Shown: positions 7,793 to 18,330, counted from the first letter of the stretch. The stretch: 64,000 nt of DNA from Dehalococcoidia bacterium (GCA_965204805.1 OZ242013.1:4589232-4653231), one strand, 5' to 3'. Translations and numbers: made by a program. Notes: generated from the sequence alone by a model not told the origin.

Positions 7793-10700
7793 TCAGCCGC
7801 CGCTCAGTTCGGCCACCTTCTCCTTCAGCCAGCGGAGGCCCCCGTTGTTCTCGCGCGGCTTGGATGTCCACCCTTCCTCAGTGGGGTCCCCCAGGAAGAA
7901 CCGGGGCAGCACCGAGCCGGTCACCCCGGCCAGCCCGTCCACGTCCTCCTGCACATCGCCGATGACCTCGCTGTAGGAAATACCGGCGTCCTTCAGCAGC
8001 TTGACCGCCTGGTTGTATCGGTCCACCGCGGCGTCCCCGGCGTCTGGGTCGTAGTAGATGACGAAGGAGACATCCGGAGCCGCAGCCGATTGCTGCTCGT
8101 CCGTACCTTCACCTTCATTCGGGTCGGTGGACTGGCCGGTTTGCGGCTCCGTGGCGCCGTTGGCCGTGGCCTCCGCCAGCAGTGTGTTGTCCCCGTCCAG
8201 GGCGGCGACGTTGACGGTGTAGCTGGTGTTCGCCGACAGGCCCGTGATGGTGTAGCTGTTCGTGGTGGCCTGCTGGGCGTCGCCGTAGTCCCCGGCGCCG
8301 GTCTTCCAGCGCACGTCGTACCGCGCCGCGCCCTGCACCGCCCCCCAGGACACGGCCAGCTGGGTGGGCTGGCCCGAGACGGAGGCAACGGTCAGGCCGG
8401 TCAGCGTCGCCGTTCCCACGGGGTCCTGGTCCTGCGAGGGATCGGGTTGGACGGCCTCGCCGGTCTGCGGCGGCGCCGCCGTGGTTCCGACGACTGCGCC
8501 CGCCGCAAGGATCTCATCCGTTGCCGTGTTATAGGCGAAGACGTGGATGGTGTAGGCCGTGTCCGCCGTCAGGCCCGTGATGGTGTGGGGGCTCCTTGTC
8601 AGGTTCGGCGGCCTGCTCGGCGGCTCCACCCGTCCCTCATCCCCGGGGCCGGAAATGCTGTAGTTGCCGGTGGCGGTCTTCCAGCGGACGTTGTACCGGG
8701 TGGTGATCCCCGCCGGGGGAGTCCAGGTCCAGGACACCACCAACCGTGTGTGAGCGTTCGTGGCGGGCGCTGAAACGCTCAGCCCGGTCAGCGTGCCGCC
8801 GGTGGTGGTGGCGTCGTGGCTGTCATCGGCCTTCAAGTAGCCGTCCGCGCCGGTTGCCGCGACGTAGACGACGTAGTTCGTGCCGGCCTTCAGGCCCGTT
8901 ATGGTGTAGCTGGTCCCGGTGGTCTCCACGGCCTCGCTCCACGGGTTGCCGACGCCGCTTTCCTTCCAGCTGACGCTGTACTTGGTTGCGCCCTCCACCC
9001 CGTTCCAGGACGCCGCCAGCTGGGTGTTCTCCCCGGTGACGGGCTCCACGGCCAGGGTCAGCGTCGTCGGGAGGGGTTTCGTGGGTGTAGATTCGGTCGC
9101 CGTGCCGGGTGTGCCGCTGCCCGAAGCCTGGCCGATGTCATTGTTCTGGTGGCGGGCCGTGACCCGCACGGTGTAGATGGTGTCCTCCTCCAGCCCGGTG
9201 ATCCGCTCGTATGCCGCCTTGGGGTCGGTCCTGGTGACTGCGGTGAAGGCGCCGGTGTTCGGGCCGGTGCCGTCGGGGGTCAACCACGTCCGGTACTCCA
9301 CGACGTAGGAGATGTCGTCCCTGGGGATGGCGGTCCACCACACGTCCAGCTTGTCGGCTTCGCCCTGGATGGGCTGGACGGTGACGGGGCCGAAGGGACC
9401 GCGGGTCTTGCCCGTCGCCCGGCCCGAGCCCATCTCCAGGCCGTCCGTGGCGCCCTCTATCGCCACCACCTGGACGGTGTACAACGTATCGGCCTCCAGT
9501 CCAGTTACTGTAGCGGTGGCCTTGAAGCTTGGTATGCCTATCGTGAGATTGGCGCGGCTGATAGTCTGGGACACCGTGTACGGGATGTGGTACAGGCCTA
9601 TGCTCCCCTTCTTGTACTCAACCCGGTAGTGGTCGGCGCGGGAATCATCCTCCCAGAACACCCGGAGTTGGTTCTGGTTCGTGTGGTCGGTCCTGGCCTC
9701 GACTCCCCCTATGGCCAGCTCCGAAGTGGTGGCGATAACCGTGTCCTCACCAGCGTCCCCGCCGAGAGTGTTACCTCTAATGTACCAGGCTACTGCGACC
9801 CTTACCGCGTAGTTCGCGTTGGGGGTGAGACCGGTTATCCGAAAGGGTGAGGCCGCACCGGCCTTGGCTGTGACCCAGGATGCCGTGCCATCCTTCCGGT
9901 ACCTCACGGTGTAGTGGTAATAGCCTGTGCTCGGCTCAAGGGCCGGCCAGGACACGATAAGGCCGTCGCCATGGTTCACCACAGGACTGGCCTGGACGCC
10001 GTCGAACACCGCGCGGGTCGTGCCCACGGCTTGGCCGGAGCCAAGACTCCCGCCGCTCCCCAGCGCCGTCACCTGGACGGTGTACTCGGTGTCAGCCTCC
10101 AGGCCCATCAACCGGAAGAAATGGCCGACCTGTAGCGGAGGCGTGGAGTCCCTGAACAGGACGAACGGCTCCGACGGGTCCGTGCCCGCCTTGTACTCGA
10201 CCCGGTAGGCGGTGGTGCCGGGCACGGCCTGCCAGTTCAACCGGAGTTCGGTTACGTGGAGGGGATGGTTTTCCGCCGTGACTCCCCCGACCCTCTGGAC
10301 CGTCAACTCAGAGGTGGTCCCGCGCGCCTTGGCGGCGGGGTTATCGGTGCAGCCGGAGCCCGACTTCTGGAAGCCCAGCCGGACCTCGTACTCGGTGCTG
10401 GCAACCAGGCCGCTGATCTGGTACGTCGTGGTCTGGCTGGTCAGGGACTGAGTGGTCCCGTAGCTGCCGATGCCCGGCGGCGTCCGCCAGTCCAGGCAGT
10501 AGCCCGTTGCGCCGGAGAACGGGTCCCAGGACACGTCCAGGGCCCCGGCGTCGCCGGCCACGGGGGTCACGGCGAGCCCGGTGGGACGGCTCAGGGTGGT
10601 GACCTGGGCCGTCGCCTTGTTCACCCCTGCGTTGGGGTCCGCCTCGCGGCGGTGGGCCGAGACCTCGACGGTGTATGTCGTGGCGGGCCGCAGAATGCTG

Positions 10701-12761
10701 GCGGCAGGTTCATAGATCTTCATGGCCGAGCCATGCGACAGCCTCGTCTCGTACTCGCCGCCGCTCCCGTCGGTCAACCTGACCCGGTAGAAGTCGGCGC
10801 TCGGCACCGGATTCCACAGCAACCCGATCGTCATCCTGCCGTCGTCGACGAAGCCGGGGGTCGCCACTAGCCCGGTGGGCGCGGGCAGGGACTCCGAATC
10901 CGCCGGTGGCGGCGGCTCCGGCGGCGTGCCATTCGTCGTGCCCTGGGCCTCGCCGGTGATGCTGGGACGCCAGCTGCTTCGCACAGGGGTGACCTTCACC
11001 GTGTAGGTCGTGCCGGGGGCCAGACCTCCGATCCGGTGGCTGGTCTTCGTCGTGGTCGTCCAACCGGACTCCTGTCCCTCCGCCCGCCACTCTATCCGGT
11101 AGTGACGAGTCCAGCGCACGGAGGGCCAGGACACGTCCAGCTCGGTCGTGCTGCCGTCCACCGGGGCGACACTCACGGTCAGAACCCCCCGGGGGCCGGG
11201 TCCGGCTCCGGCGGAGGAGGTCCCGGTTGCCCGACCTTGGGCGGGTCGGCCAGACGCACCTTCGCGGGCGGCACGGGATGGCTCGTATAGTTCCCGAAGC
11301 GCAGGGTGAAGCTGCCCGTCTTGAGCGGGTAGGCGCTGGTGATCTCCAGGATGTAGTTGCCGGGGTCCAGGGTCCGCACCAGCCGCGAGTTCAGGCTGAA
11401 CGGGTTGCGCTGGTCGTCGTTCTCGTCGATCCTGACGGCGCTGCCCGGGCTGTTGCCCTCGGCCAGGTAGAGCTGGGCGTCGAAGTCGTCCGACTCCAAG
11501 GTGAACACCACGTCCTGGCGATGCTGGCCGGTGACGCTGAAGCTGGCGTGCCGGGCGTAGGCCGAGACGTAGCGAGGCGGGAATATGGCCGGGCACGCGC
11601 TGGTGAGCTCGTCGTCGTACTTGCCGAACTCGATGGGCGCCGGCGCACAGGGCGGGGTGTCCGGTTGCGGCAAGGGGATCGGCTTGACGAGGCCCTTCAC
11701 CTCTATGTGCCTGGTGGTGGAGAGATGCGTAAATGTGCCCGTGGAGTCCCAGGCCCGCCGAGAGATATTGTTGTTGATGCTCCAACCGGGCGCGCCGGAC
11801 TCGCCAGTGTCGGCAGTGCCCAGGAGCCGGTCATCGCTGCGGTTGGAGGCGTCGATGAACACCATGTAACTGGTGGGGCGGCCAGGTCCAGGCCCGAGTG
11901 GGTGAACGTGTTCCTGCCGCTAACGATGGCCTGGGGCGCGGTCAGATCGCCCACCTTGGTGCCCAGCTGGTTGCCGTTGGCGGTGTAGATGGCGACGGCG
12001 ACCGTCGACCTGACGGTTCCGGCGTGGGCTATGTTCAGGTCGACGCTGGTCAGGGTATAGCCGGTCGGGTTGCTCCCCGTGGTGAACCTCTGGGCATAGT
12101 CAAATCTCAGGGTGCCCCAGAAATTCTGCACGCGGTCGAAGTTGGTGACCAGCACCCCTATACCCTTGGCGACGCCGTTGATGCCGATCTTCAGGGCAGT
12201 TGTGGCCGTCGACCACGCGCCCGTGGAGTTCCAGGCCCGGCCATGGGCCACGTTGTTGATGCTCCAACCCGACGCGCCGGACTCGGCGTCGGAGAGGGTA
12301 ACGTCGATACCGCTCCCCGTACCTGTGGAAGTGACGTCGAAGACCACGAAGTAGCTGGTGGAGGGGGCCAGGTCCAGGCCCGTGTGGGTGAACGTGTTTA
12401 CGCCGGTGGCGAGGGTCCCCGGCGCGGTCAGCGTGGCCAGTCTGTTGCCGGGCTGGCCGTTGCTGCTGGCGTGGACGGCCACGGAGAACGTTGCCCTGTT
12501 GCTCTGCGTGAAGGCCATGTCCAGATCGACGCTGGTCAGGGTATAGCCCAAGATGCTGCTGCCCGTCGTGAACTCCTGGGCATACTTCTCAGTCCTGAAG
12601 TCCGCATTGGCCGCGGTCGTCTCGCCGATGTTGGAGACCAGGGCCGCCGACTGGGCGGAGGCCCGGTCCGGCGAGCCCACGGCCAGCAGAACGATCAGGA
12701 GACCCAGGGCGATGAGGACGCCCCGGTGCAGGATGTAGCGCGACGGAAGCAGTCTGGTCAT
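7793..12761 (-). pseudogene. Giant secreted surface protein B (~1656 codons if repaired), split by two 1-nt frameshifts in homopolymer runs
   Basis: Three ORF-track pieces join into one protein: 11703-12761, 11179-11865 and the biologically meaningful part of 7793-11785. Junction 1: ..NTFTHSGLDLAAP | TSYMVFIDASN.. at the G4 run 11875-11878. Junction 2: ..PPPPEPDPAPGG | VLTVSVAPVDGSTTELDVSWP.. at the C6G5 run 11185-11195. The span is 4969 nt, and adding 2 nt gives 1657 codons. Content: family signal-anchor MTRLLPSRYILHRGVLIALGLLIVLLAVGSPDRASAQ, 2 LVSN modules, a PPC-like domain, many FN3 repeats, and the C-terminal Grx-like domain (7793-8071). Confidence 0.8.
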
Positions 12762-13195
12762 TGCATTGCCTCTCTTCTATTGGGTATGGACGCGCCGGAC
12801 GGCGGCGCGGACGGGGTTGGCCTTGGCTGGGGTCGTGGGAGAGTCTTCGTCCTCAAGGGCGCGGCGGCGGAGCGTCCCGCAGCCGGTGTCTTCAAAGAAG
12901 CGGGCTGAGAAAAAGCGCCGTTGCGGTCAGCCAACGGCGCAGTCAGGGTGCCTCGTAAAGCGGGACTCCACCGGGCGGGGAACGCCCGGCGAGTGGTGGC
13001 GGGTAGGTCAGGTCCCGCCGGAACCGGAGGGGCCAGAGTGAAGGGGCAGTGCTGTCTCATTACTCACCCCGTTCTAGCTGCGACTTGCGACTAAGGTCAG
13101 GGGTGGCTGACATGGGTGTGCTGCGACAGTTACGGCAAACGGCCTTATTTCCGGCCTGAAGGCAGCCAAGCCTATATCTCCCCTCTCCCGGCGGG
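12762..13195 (-). promoter_or_regulatory. Conserved 5' leader of gene B (copy 2 of 3): riboswitch/attenuator-like
   Basis: Same architecture as 7102-7498. Core at ~12955-13078, internal terminator at 12907-12940, conserved pre-RBS hairpin GCGCCG-ccguc-CGGCGC, and RBS agaaGAGAGGcaatgcaATG. Confidence 0.55.
12907..12940 (-). terminator. Intrinsic terminator inside the leader of gene B
   Basis: RNA sense: GCGCCGUUG-gcugaccg-CAACGGCGC followed by UUUUUCUC. This is the strongest U-tract of the three copies. Confidence 0.65.
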
Positions 13196-13309
13196 CAGAA
13201 TCTGAAAATATATTAGTCAATCCCCATGAAATTGATATAGCAATAACGTGTAATTACATCTCAAATATGAGTGTCATTCTTTGTGTCAATTAGCCGGTGA
13301 GGGTATAAT
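13196..13309. promoter_or_regulatory. Conserved AT-rich divergent promoter block (copy 2 of 3)
   Basis: cagaatctgaaaatatattagtcaatccccatgaaattgatatagcaataacgtgtaattac, then GTGTCAT-N5-GTGTCAA, then TATAAT at 13304-13309. Confidence 0.5.
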
Positions 13310-13503
13310 AGGTTCCGGTTGGGCGCTCCCGGAGGCAGGATGACGCCCGCGGGCGGTCGCCTCCGTGTCGGCTGGTTAGTCAGCGATGATTGCCCTCACA
13401 CCCTGAGCCTGCCTGAAAGCCTCTTCTATTGGCCCCAGTTCCGGCCGGGGGCCGACGTCCCGCTATGTCCCGCATCGGGTGGCGGCGGGAGGCAAACAAA
13501 GCC

Positions 13504-13533
13504 GAGGACGGCCCCTGCACGTGGGCCGTCCTC
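13504..13533 (-). terminator. Hairpin terminator after giant gene D
   Basis: gaggacggccc-ctgcacgt-gggccgtcctc, 11-bp perfect stem, ~28 nt downstream of the TGA at 13561-13563. Confidence 0.5.
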
Positions 13534-13560
13534 ATCTCTTGGCGCTATTTCCGGCAGGGG

Positions 13561-16500
13561 TCAGCCGCTGCTGAGTTCGGTCACCTTCTCCTTCAGCCAG
13601 CGCAGGCCCCCGTTGTTCTCGCCCGGCTCGGACACCCAATCCTCAGCGGTGGGGTCGCCGTAGAAGAAGCGCGGCAGGACCGAGCCGGTCACCCCGGCCA
13701 ACTGGTCAACCTTGTCCTGGAGGTCGCCAAAGACCTGGTTGTACAGGATGCCGGCCTCGTCGAGCAGCGCGATAGCCTGGTTGTAGCGGTCCACCGCCTC
13801 ATCACCGGCGTCCCGGTCGTGGTAGATGACGAACAGGACGTTGGGGGTTTCATCCCCAGCCTCGCTGGTGCGAGGCGCCGTGGTCCCGTCGGCTTCCCCC
13901 TCCGCCAGCAGGGTGTTGTCCCCGTCCAGGGCGCTGACCTGGACGGTGTAGCTCGTGCCCGCCGTCAGCCCCGTGATGGTGTAGCTGTTGGTGGTGGCCT
14001 GCTGGGCGTCGCCGTAGCCGCCGGAGCCGGTCTTCCAGCGGACGTGGTACTTGGCCGCGGTTTCCACCCAGTCCCAGAACACGTCCAGTTGGGTGGGTTC
14101 GTCCGACGCGGGGGGCATGGCCAGGACGGTCAGCTCCGCAGTTCCCACAGGGGGTTCCTGGCCGCCGGGTTCTCCGCTCGTCGAGCCGGGCGTGCCCGTG
14201 ACCGTGGCCTCACCGGCGCTGACAAGAGTAAGCATGCCCGTATTGGGATTACGCGTTCTGACCCATTCAGCTGCCACCCTTATCGTATATTGCGTGCCGG
14301 GCGTGAGACCGGTTATCACGACGGGCGATACGCCCCTGTTGGTGACGCGGGTCTCCGCGTCGCCGGAGCCGGTCCTCTTGTAATACACGTAGTAGACGTA
14401 GTCGCCATCCAGCGCCGACCAGGACACCTCCAGCTGGTCGCCGTGGCCCGTCACCGGCTGGGCCGAGACGCCGCCGAACACCACGCGGGTCCTGCCCACG
14501 GCCTCGCCGATGGCCAGCTCCGTCTCGCCCTGCAGCGCCGTCACCCGGACGGTGTACCTCGTGTCGGGCTTGATGGACAGCAGCGAACCGGCGTGGCGTC
14601 CCCTGCCTTCATTTATTCTCATTCCCTCTGGGAAGCTGACGAACGGGCTCCACGGCCACGGGTCCGTGCCTTCCTTGCCCTCGATCCGGTAGCCGGTGGC
14701 GCCGGGCACGCTCTGCCAGACCACCCTGACGGTGGTCGGGTCGGCGGGATTGGTAACAACCTCAACCCCCTCGACGAACGGTGCGCCCACGGGGAGGTGG
14801 ACCTGGGCCGAGTCCTCGGCCAGGACGGCGCCCGACGGTCCTTTCGCCTCGATCTTAATGTCGTAGGTCAGGCCCAACCGGGGAGGGCTGGGGTCGGTGC
14901 TCTGGACGATGTTCCAGGTCTTGCCCCTGACCGTCGACCGGTAGGTGCGCCTGTTGCCCTCACCGTCAGGACCATCGGTCCACGTGACCTCATAGCTGTC
15001 CGCGCCTCCTACGGGGTCCCACTCCATGTAGATGCTGTAGGTGTCCCCGCCGGTGTACACGGGCCTTGCCGTGAACCCGAATCCCTGGATCGTAGCTGGC
15101 GGTACTGGTTCCGGCGTGGGCGTCGGCTCCGTGGACGGCGATCCGTTGGTCGTTGCGGAGGCTTCTGCGGTCAGCTGGACGGTCACCCTCACGTCGTAGG
15201 ACGTGCCGGGGATCAGCCCCTCGATCCGGTAGGAGGTGTCCGTGGTGGTGTGGGTGCGCTCCGTGTCGCTGTAGTCCTGCCCCTCCGACTTCCATTGCAC
15301 AACGTAGCGCGCCGCTCCGGTCACCGGCGGCCAGGACACGTCCAGCGCGGGGTCGCTGCTCGTTATCGGGACAACGGTCAACCCGCTCAACCCGGCCGAC
15401 GGCAGCGCGAGGGTCGTGCCCCGGGCTTCGCTTACGGAATCGCCGCCGTAATGCCGGGCGGTGACCCTCACCATGTAAGTCGTGCCGGGATACAACTCTC
15501 GGATCCGGTAGGAGGTGACGCTTCCGCTGTAGTCGCCCGTGCTGTGCCTGCGCTCCGATTCGCTGTACTCCTGTCCGTCCGCCTTCCACTCCACGACGTA
15601 GCCCCAGGCGTCCTCCACCTCATTCCAGGACACGTCCAGCGCGAATACGTTGCCGGGGACCGCTGAGACGGTCACCGTCACCGGCCCGGCGGGTTCCGGC
15701 GGCGGGGGGAAGTCACAGCCCTCCGGCGGCACGCGCACCTTAGCGGGGGGCAGCCCCGGCGGCCCGTAGGCCAGGACGTACCTCCCCGTGTCGCGCGCGT
15801 GGTAGGTGGTTACCTCCAGGATGTAGTCGCCGGGGTCCAGCTCCTTCACCAGCCGGGAGTTCTCGCTGCAGGGGTGGCGCTGGTCGTCGTTCTGGTCGAA
15901 GTCGGCGGCGTTGTCCGGGCTCGTGCCCTCGGCAATGTAGAGGAAGGCGTCGAAGTCGTCCGACTCCAAGGTGAAAGCCACGGTCTGGCGGTGCTCGCCG
16001 GTTATGCTGAAGCTGAAGTGATGGGCGTAGGCCGGCCGGTCCCGGAAGAACGACTCGCAGTTGTCGGTGAGGTCGTTCGTGTGCGAGCCGTACCCGCTGG
16101 GATCGATGGGGGTAACCACGCACGGCAGGACCGCCGGGGGCGGTATCCTGACCGCTTCGGCAGGTTCAAAGTCGTGCAACGTGTAATGGAAGACAAGTAT
16201 GCCCCGGTTGGTGGACAGATACGTTGCGTCTTCGTTTTGCCACATTCCCTTGACCGAAGTCAGTGATGGAATGCCATAATCTGAGCTAAAGGTGATGTCC
16301 TTACTGGCGTTCCTGGTAATTCCGTCGTAAGCGAATGCCTTCGTGTCGGTGATGACGTACGTTACGCCATCGTAATGCCACACCGAATTGGCCGTATTGC
16401 TGCCAAGCGTGCTGTGAATGTCGGTTTTACCCAGGGGCTCCATGTCCGGATCGCCGTATTCGACCAGGTCTGCATCATTACTCGCGCTAAGGAACGCCAC

Positions 16501-18231
16501 GAAGTACGTTTTCGTCCCGTCCGACGCGAAACCTTCGGGGTTGTACACCTGATTGCTATAGAGTAAATCAGGGTAGTCCTTGCTGGAATCAGCCTTTCTT
16601 GTGGTCGGGTTGTAGGCGTATACGCCGGCGAGCGCTTTTCCGTTGACTACCCACAACGTGGTCCCATCCGACCAGACGTCAAGCGGACCAGTCAGCGTGG
16701 TTATCGCCTTGTTGCCATCCCATTTGCCCGCATCTGTGTCGTACACGAGCACGTTGTTGCCGGCGTTATTCGCGACGTATATCAGCGAACCATCAGACCA
16801 GAGGCCCCTGAGATCACTGCCGGACGGCTTGCTTATGTCGGCATGCTTGGCGTAGTAGAATCCTCTGGTGCTGTAACCCTTGATGCTCCCCGCGAGTGAT
16901 TGGGTTGTGAATGCGCCGTTCGCCCCCACCCAGAGGCCTTGGGTGTTTTCGCCGAGAGCCAGCTGGGCCTTGACTGTTGCGTGGTAGGGGCTGAGAAACC
17001 TGTTCTCCAGATCGTATGTGAATATCTCCCGATGGCCTCCGTCCACGACATACAGTATGCCGAGATAGCCGCTTATCCCCGATGCGGACTGGTTCCCCCC
17101 CTGCAACGGTATGTCTCGCTCCGCCGGAGTTCCATCGAGGTTGAAGGACTCAATCACGCCGGCGGCGTGGCCTGAGACCCATATCGTACTTTGATCAAAA
17201 TAGACGCCGCGGGGGGTACGCTGTTTCGATGACGGCTGTAGCGTGATGTTTCGCGTCGGAGCGTACGTGTTGGCGGCAAGGGTATAGGCATACAGAATCC
17301 AGTCGTCCCTATCCAGCACCCACATAATCTCCCCGTCGGACCAGATGGGGCCAGGATTAGAATTCTGCGAACTCACCAGATCAATATCCTTGTCGTCATC
17401 CCGCTGCTTGGTTGCGACCGTGTACGCGAGCACTTTGGTCGGAGCAGTCAGTGTTCTCGGTACCACCCACAGGGTCGTGCCGTCGGACCATATCGATGTG
17501 GCTCCAAACTCCGCCGCGCCGGTCACGTCGATATCCCTGGCGCTGTCGCGATTTATGTTCACCTTCGGGCTGCTCGTGGTAAGAGCGACTCCGTCCAACC
17601 GGTAAGCGACATGTCGGCGGAGTTCCGTAGTCCAGCTCGCAACACCCGTAGCGTCGTGAGCCCTCCAGTAAGATGTAACGCCGTCCCAACCGAATGAACT
17701 GGTGTCATTCGTTGTGCTGGAATACCGGATACGACCACGGTTTCTCAACAGGGTATTGGTGGTGAGGTCATCCACCACCAGGGCGTAGCGGGTATTGGGC
17801 TCCAGATATGCCGGAGTTGTGAAAGTGAATGTATTGAGACCTTCGTCAAACGAGGTAATGCTCGCCGTTTCAGCCAGGACGGTCTCCGTCGGGAAATGGT
17901 CCGCCTGGTCCGCCTGCACGGTCCGAATGCTGATTTTCATTTGCCCAAAATCGGCTTGTCTGTTCAGGTGGAGGGATGCGCTGGATACCAGGTAACCGGT
18001 TTCATTGAGTCCGGTGGTGAACTGGTGAGCCACGTCGTGTGAAGCAAAAGCCCGGGTGAAAGTATCACGGGTTTCATCCAGGTTGCTGAGCAGCGCATTT
18101 GATACCGTTTGAGCCTGGACCGGTGCGGGGCCCGGCCCCAGCACTGAGGATGACAGGGCGACCAGGAGGGCCACGAGGGCGATGAGGACTCCCCGGTGCA
18201 GGATGAATCTCGACGGGCGCAATGCGGTCAT
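13561..18231 (-). CDS. Giant secreted surface protein D (1556 aa): signal-anchor, LVSN-like module, WSDG-repeat (beta-propeller-like) region, PPC-like domain, FN3 repeats, C-terminal Grx-like domain
   Basis: Intact ORF with RBS ataGAGGtaaattcATG. N-terminus MTALRPSRFILHRGVLIALVALLVAL. About 10 repeats contain (I/V/L)WSDG..(L/I/M)(W/Y)V(V/L), e.g. SIWSDGTTLWVV, PIWSDGEIMWVL, GLWSDGSLIYVA, DVWSDGTTLWVV. The PPC-like segment FSFSITGEHRQTVAFTLESDDFDAFLYIAEG..DQNDDQ matches those in gene B and in the 1-1439 lipoprotein. FN3 units follow. C-terminal domain at 13561-13839. Confidence 0.9.
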   Translation of the reverse strand: MTALRPSRFILHRGVLIALVALLVALSSSVLGPGPAPVQAQTVSNALLSNLDETRDTFTRAFASHDVAHQFTTGLNETGYLVSSASLHLNRQADFGQMKISIRTVQADQADHFPTETVLAETASITSFDEGLNTFTFTTPAYLEPNTRYALVVDDLTTNTLLRNRGRIRYSSTTNDTSSFGWDGVTSYWRAHDATGVASWTTELRRHVAYRLDGVALTTSSPKVNINRDSARDIDVTGAAEFGATSIWSDGTTLWVVPRTLTAPTKVLAYTVATKQRDDDKDIDLVSSQNSNPGPIWSDGEIMWVLDRDDWILYAYTLAANTYAPTRNITLQPSSKQRTPRGVYFDQSTIWVSGHAAGVIESFNLDGTPAERDIPLQGGNQSASGISGYLGILYVVDGGHREIFTYDLENRFLSPYHATVKAQLALGENTQGLWVGANGAFTTQSLAGSIKGYSTRGFYYAKHADISKPSGSDLRGLWSDGSLIYVANNAGNNVLVYDTDAGKWDGNKAITTLTGPLDVWSDGTTLWVVNGKALAGVYAYNPTTRKADSSKDYPDLLYSNQVYNPEGFASDGTKTYFVAFLSASNDADLVEYGDPDMEPLGKTDIHSTLGSNTANSVWHYDGVTYVITDTKAFAYDGITRNASKDITFSSDYGIPSLTSVKGMWQNEDATYLSTNRGILVFHYTLHDFEPAEAVRIPPPAVLPCVVTPIDPSGYGSHTNDLTDNCESFFRDRPAYAHHFSFSITGEHRQTVAFTLESDDFDAFLYIAEGTSPDNAADFDQNDDQRHPCSENSRLVKELDPGDYILEVTTYHARDTGRYVLAYGPPGLPPAKVRVPPEGCDFPPPPEPAGPVTVTVSAVPGNVFALDVSWNEVEDAWGYVVEWKADGQEYSESERRHSTGDYSGSVTSYRIRELYPGTTYMVRVTARHYGGDSVSEARGTTLALPSAGLSGLTVVPITSSDPALDVSWPPVTGAARYVVQWKSEGQDYSDTERTHTTTDTSYRIEGLIPGTSYDVRVTVQLTAEASATTNGSPSTEPTPTPEPVPPATIQGFGFTARPVYTGGDTYSIYMEWDPVGGADSYEVTWTDGPDGEGNRRTYRSTVRGKTWNIVQSTDPSPPRLGLTYDIKIEAKGPSGAVLAEDSAQVHLPVGAPFVEGVEVVTNPADPTTVRVVWQSVPGATGYRIEGKEGTDPWPWSPFVSFPEGMRINEGRGRHAGSLLSIKPDTRYTVRVTALQGETELAIGEAVGRTRVVFGGVSAQPVTGHGDQLEVSWSALDGDYVYYVYYKRTGSGDAETRVTNRGVSPVVITGLTPGTQYTIRVAAEWVRTRNPNTGMLTLVSAGEATVTGTPGSTSGEPGGQEPPVGTAELTVLAMPPASDEPTQLDVFWDWVETAAKYHVRWKTGSGGYGDAQQATTNSYTITGLTAGTSYTVQVSALDGDNTLLAEGEADGTTAPRTSEAGDETPNVLFVIYHDRDAGDEAVDRYNQAIALLDEAGILYNQVFGDLQDKVDQLAGVTGSVLPRFFYGDPTAEDWVSEPGENNGGLRWLKEKVTELSSG

Positions 18232-18308
18232 GAATTTACCTCTATTGGGAATGTTGGTCCGGCGGACGTCATAGACGGGACTGGCGACGGTGAAGGGGCG
18301 ACGGCGAA

Positions 18309-18330
18309 AGGCCCCCGAGTCCGGGGGCCT
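18309..18330 (-). terminator. Hairpin between genes E and D
   Basis: aggcccccg-agtc-cgggggcct. On the minus strand it is followed by UUCGCCGUCGCC. It lies 31 nt after the TAG of gene E and ~78 nt before the ATG of gene D. Confidence 0.45.

Noticed and set aside
7640-8773. ORF starting at the conserved RBS and ATG of the duplicated kinase promoter (also 13319-13663), considered as a possible real gene.
   Set aside because: Only the first few codons are shared with the kinase gene. After that the ORF runs antisense through a terminator hairpin and through the Grx-like domain coding sequence. The apparent similarity between the two antisense products only mirrors conservation of the sense strand. 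The transcript-level possibility is kept as a separate finding.
12955-13078. Assignment of the leader core to a known riboswitch class (cobalamin, guanidine-I/ykkC, c-di-GMP or c-di-AMP).
   Set aside because: There are partial resemblances. GGGUGAGUAAUG...CAGC...CCCC..CACU resembles the cobalamin core. GGGA(A/C)C.G.CC resembles a B12 box. CCGGCGGGAC...GCCCGGUGGA resembles ykkC. However, no full consensus (B12 box, GGUCCGAGAG, ACGCAAAGC and so on) is present in all three copies. Calling a class without Infernal would be guessing.
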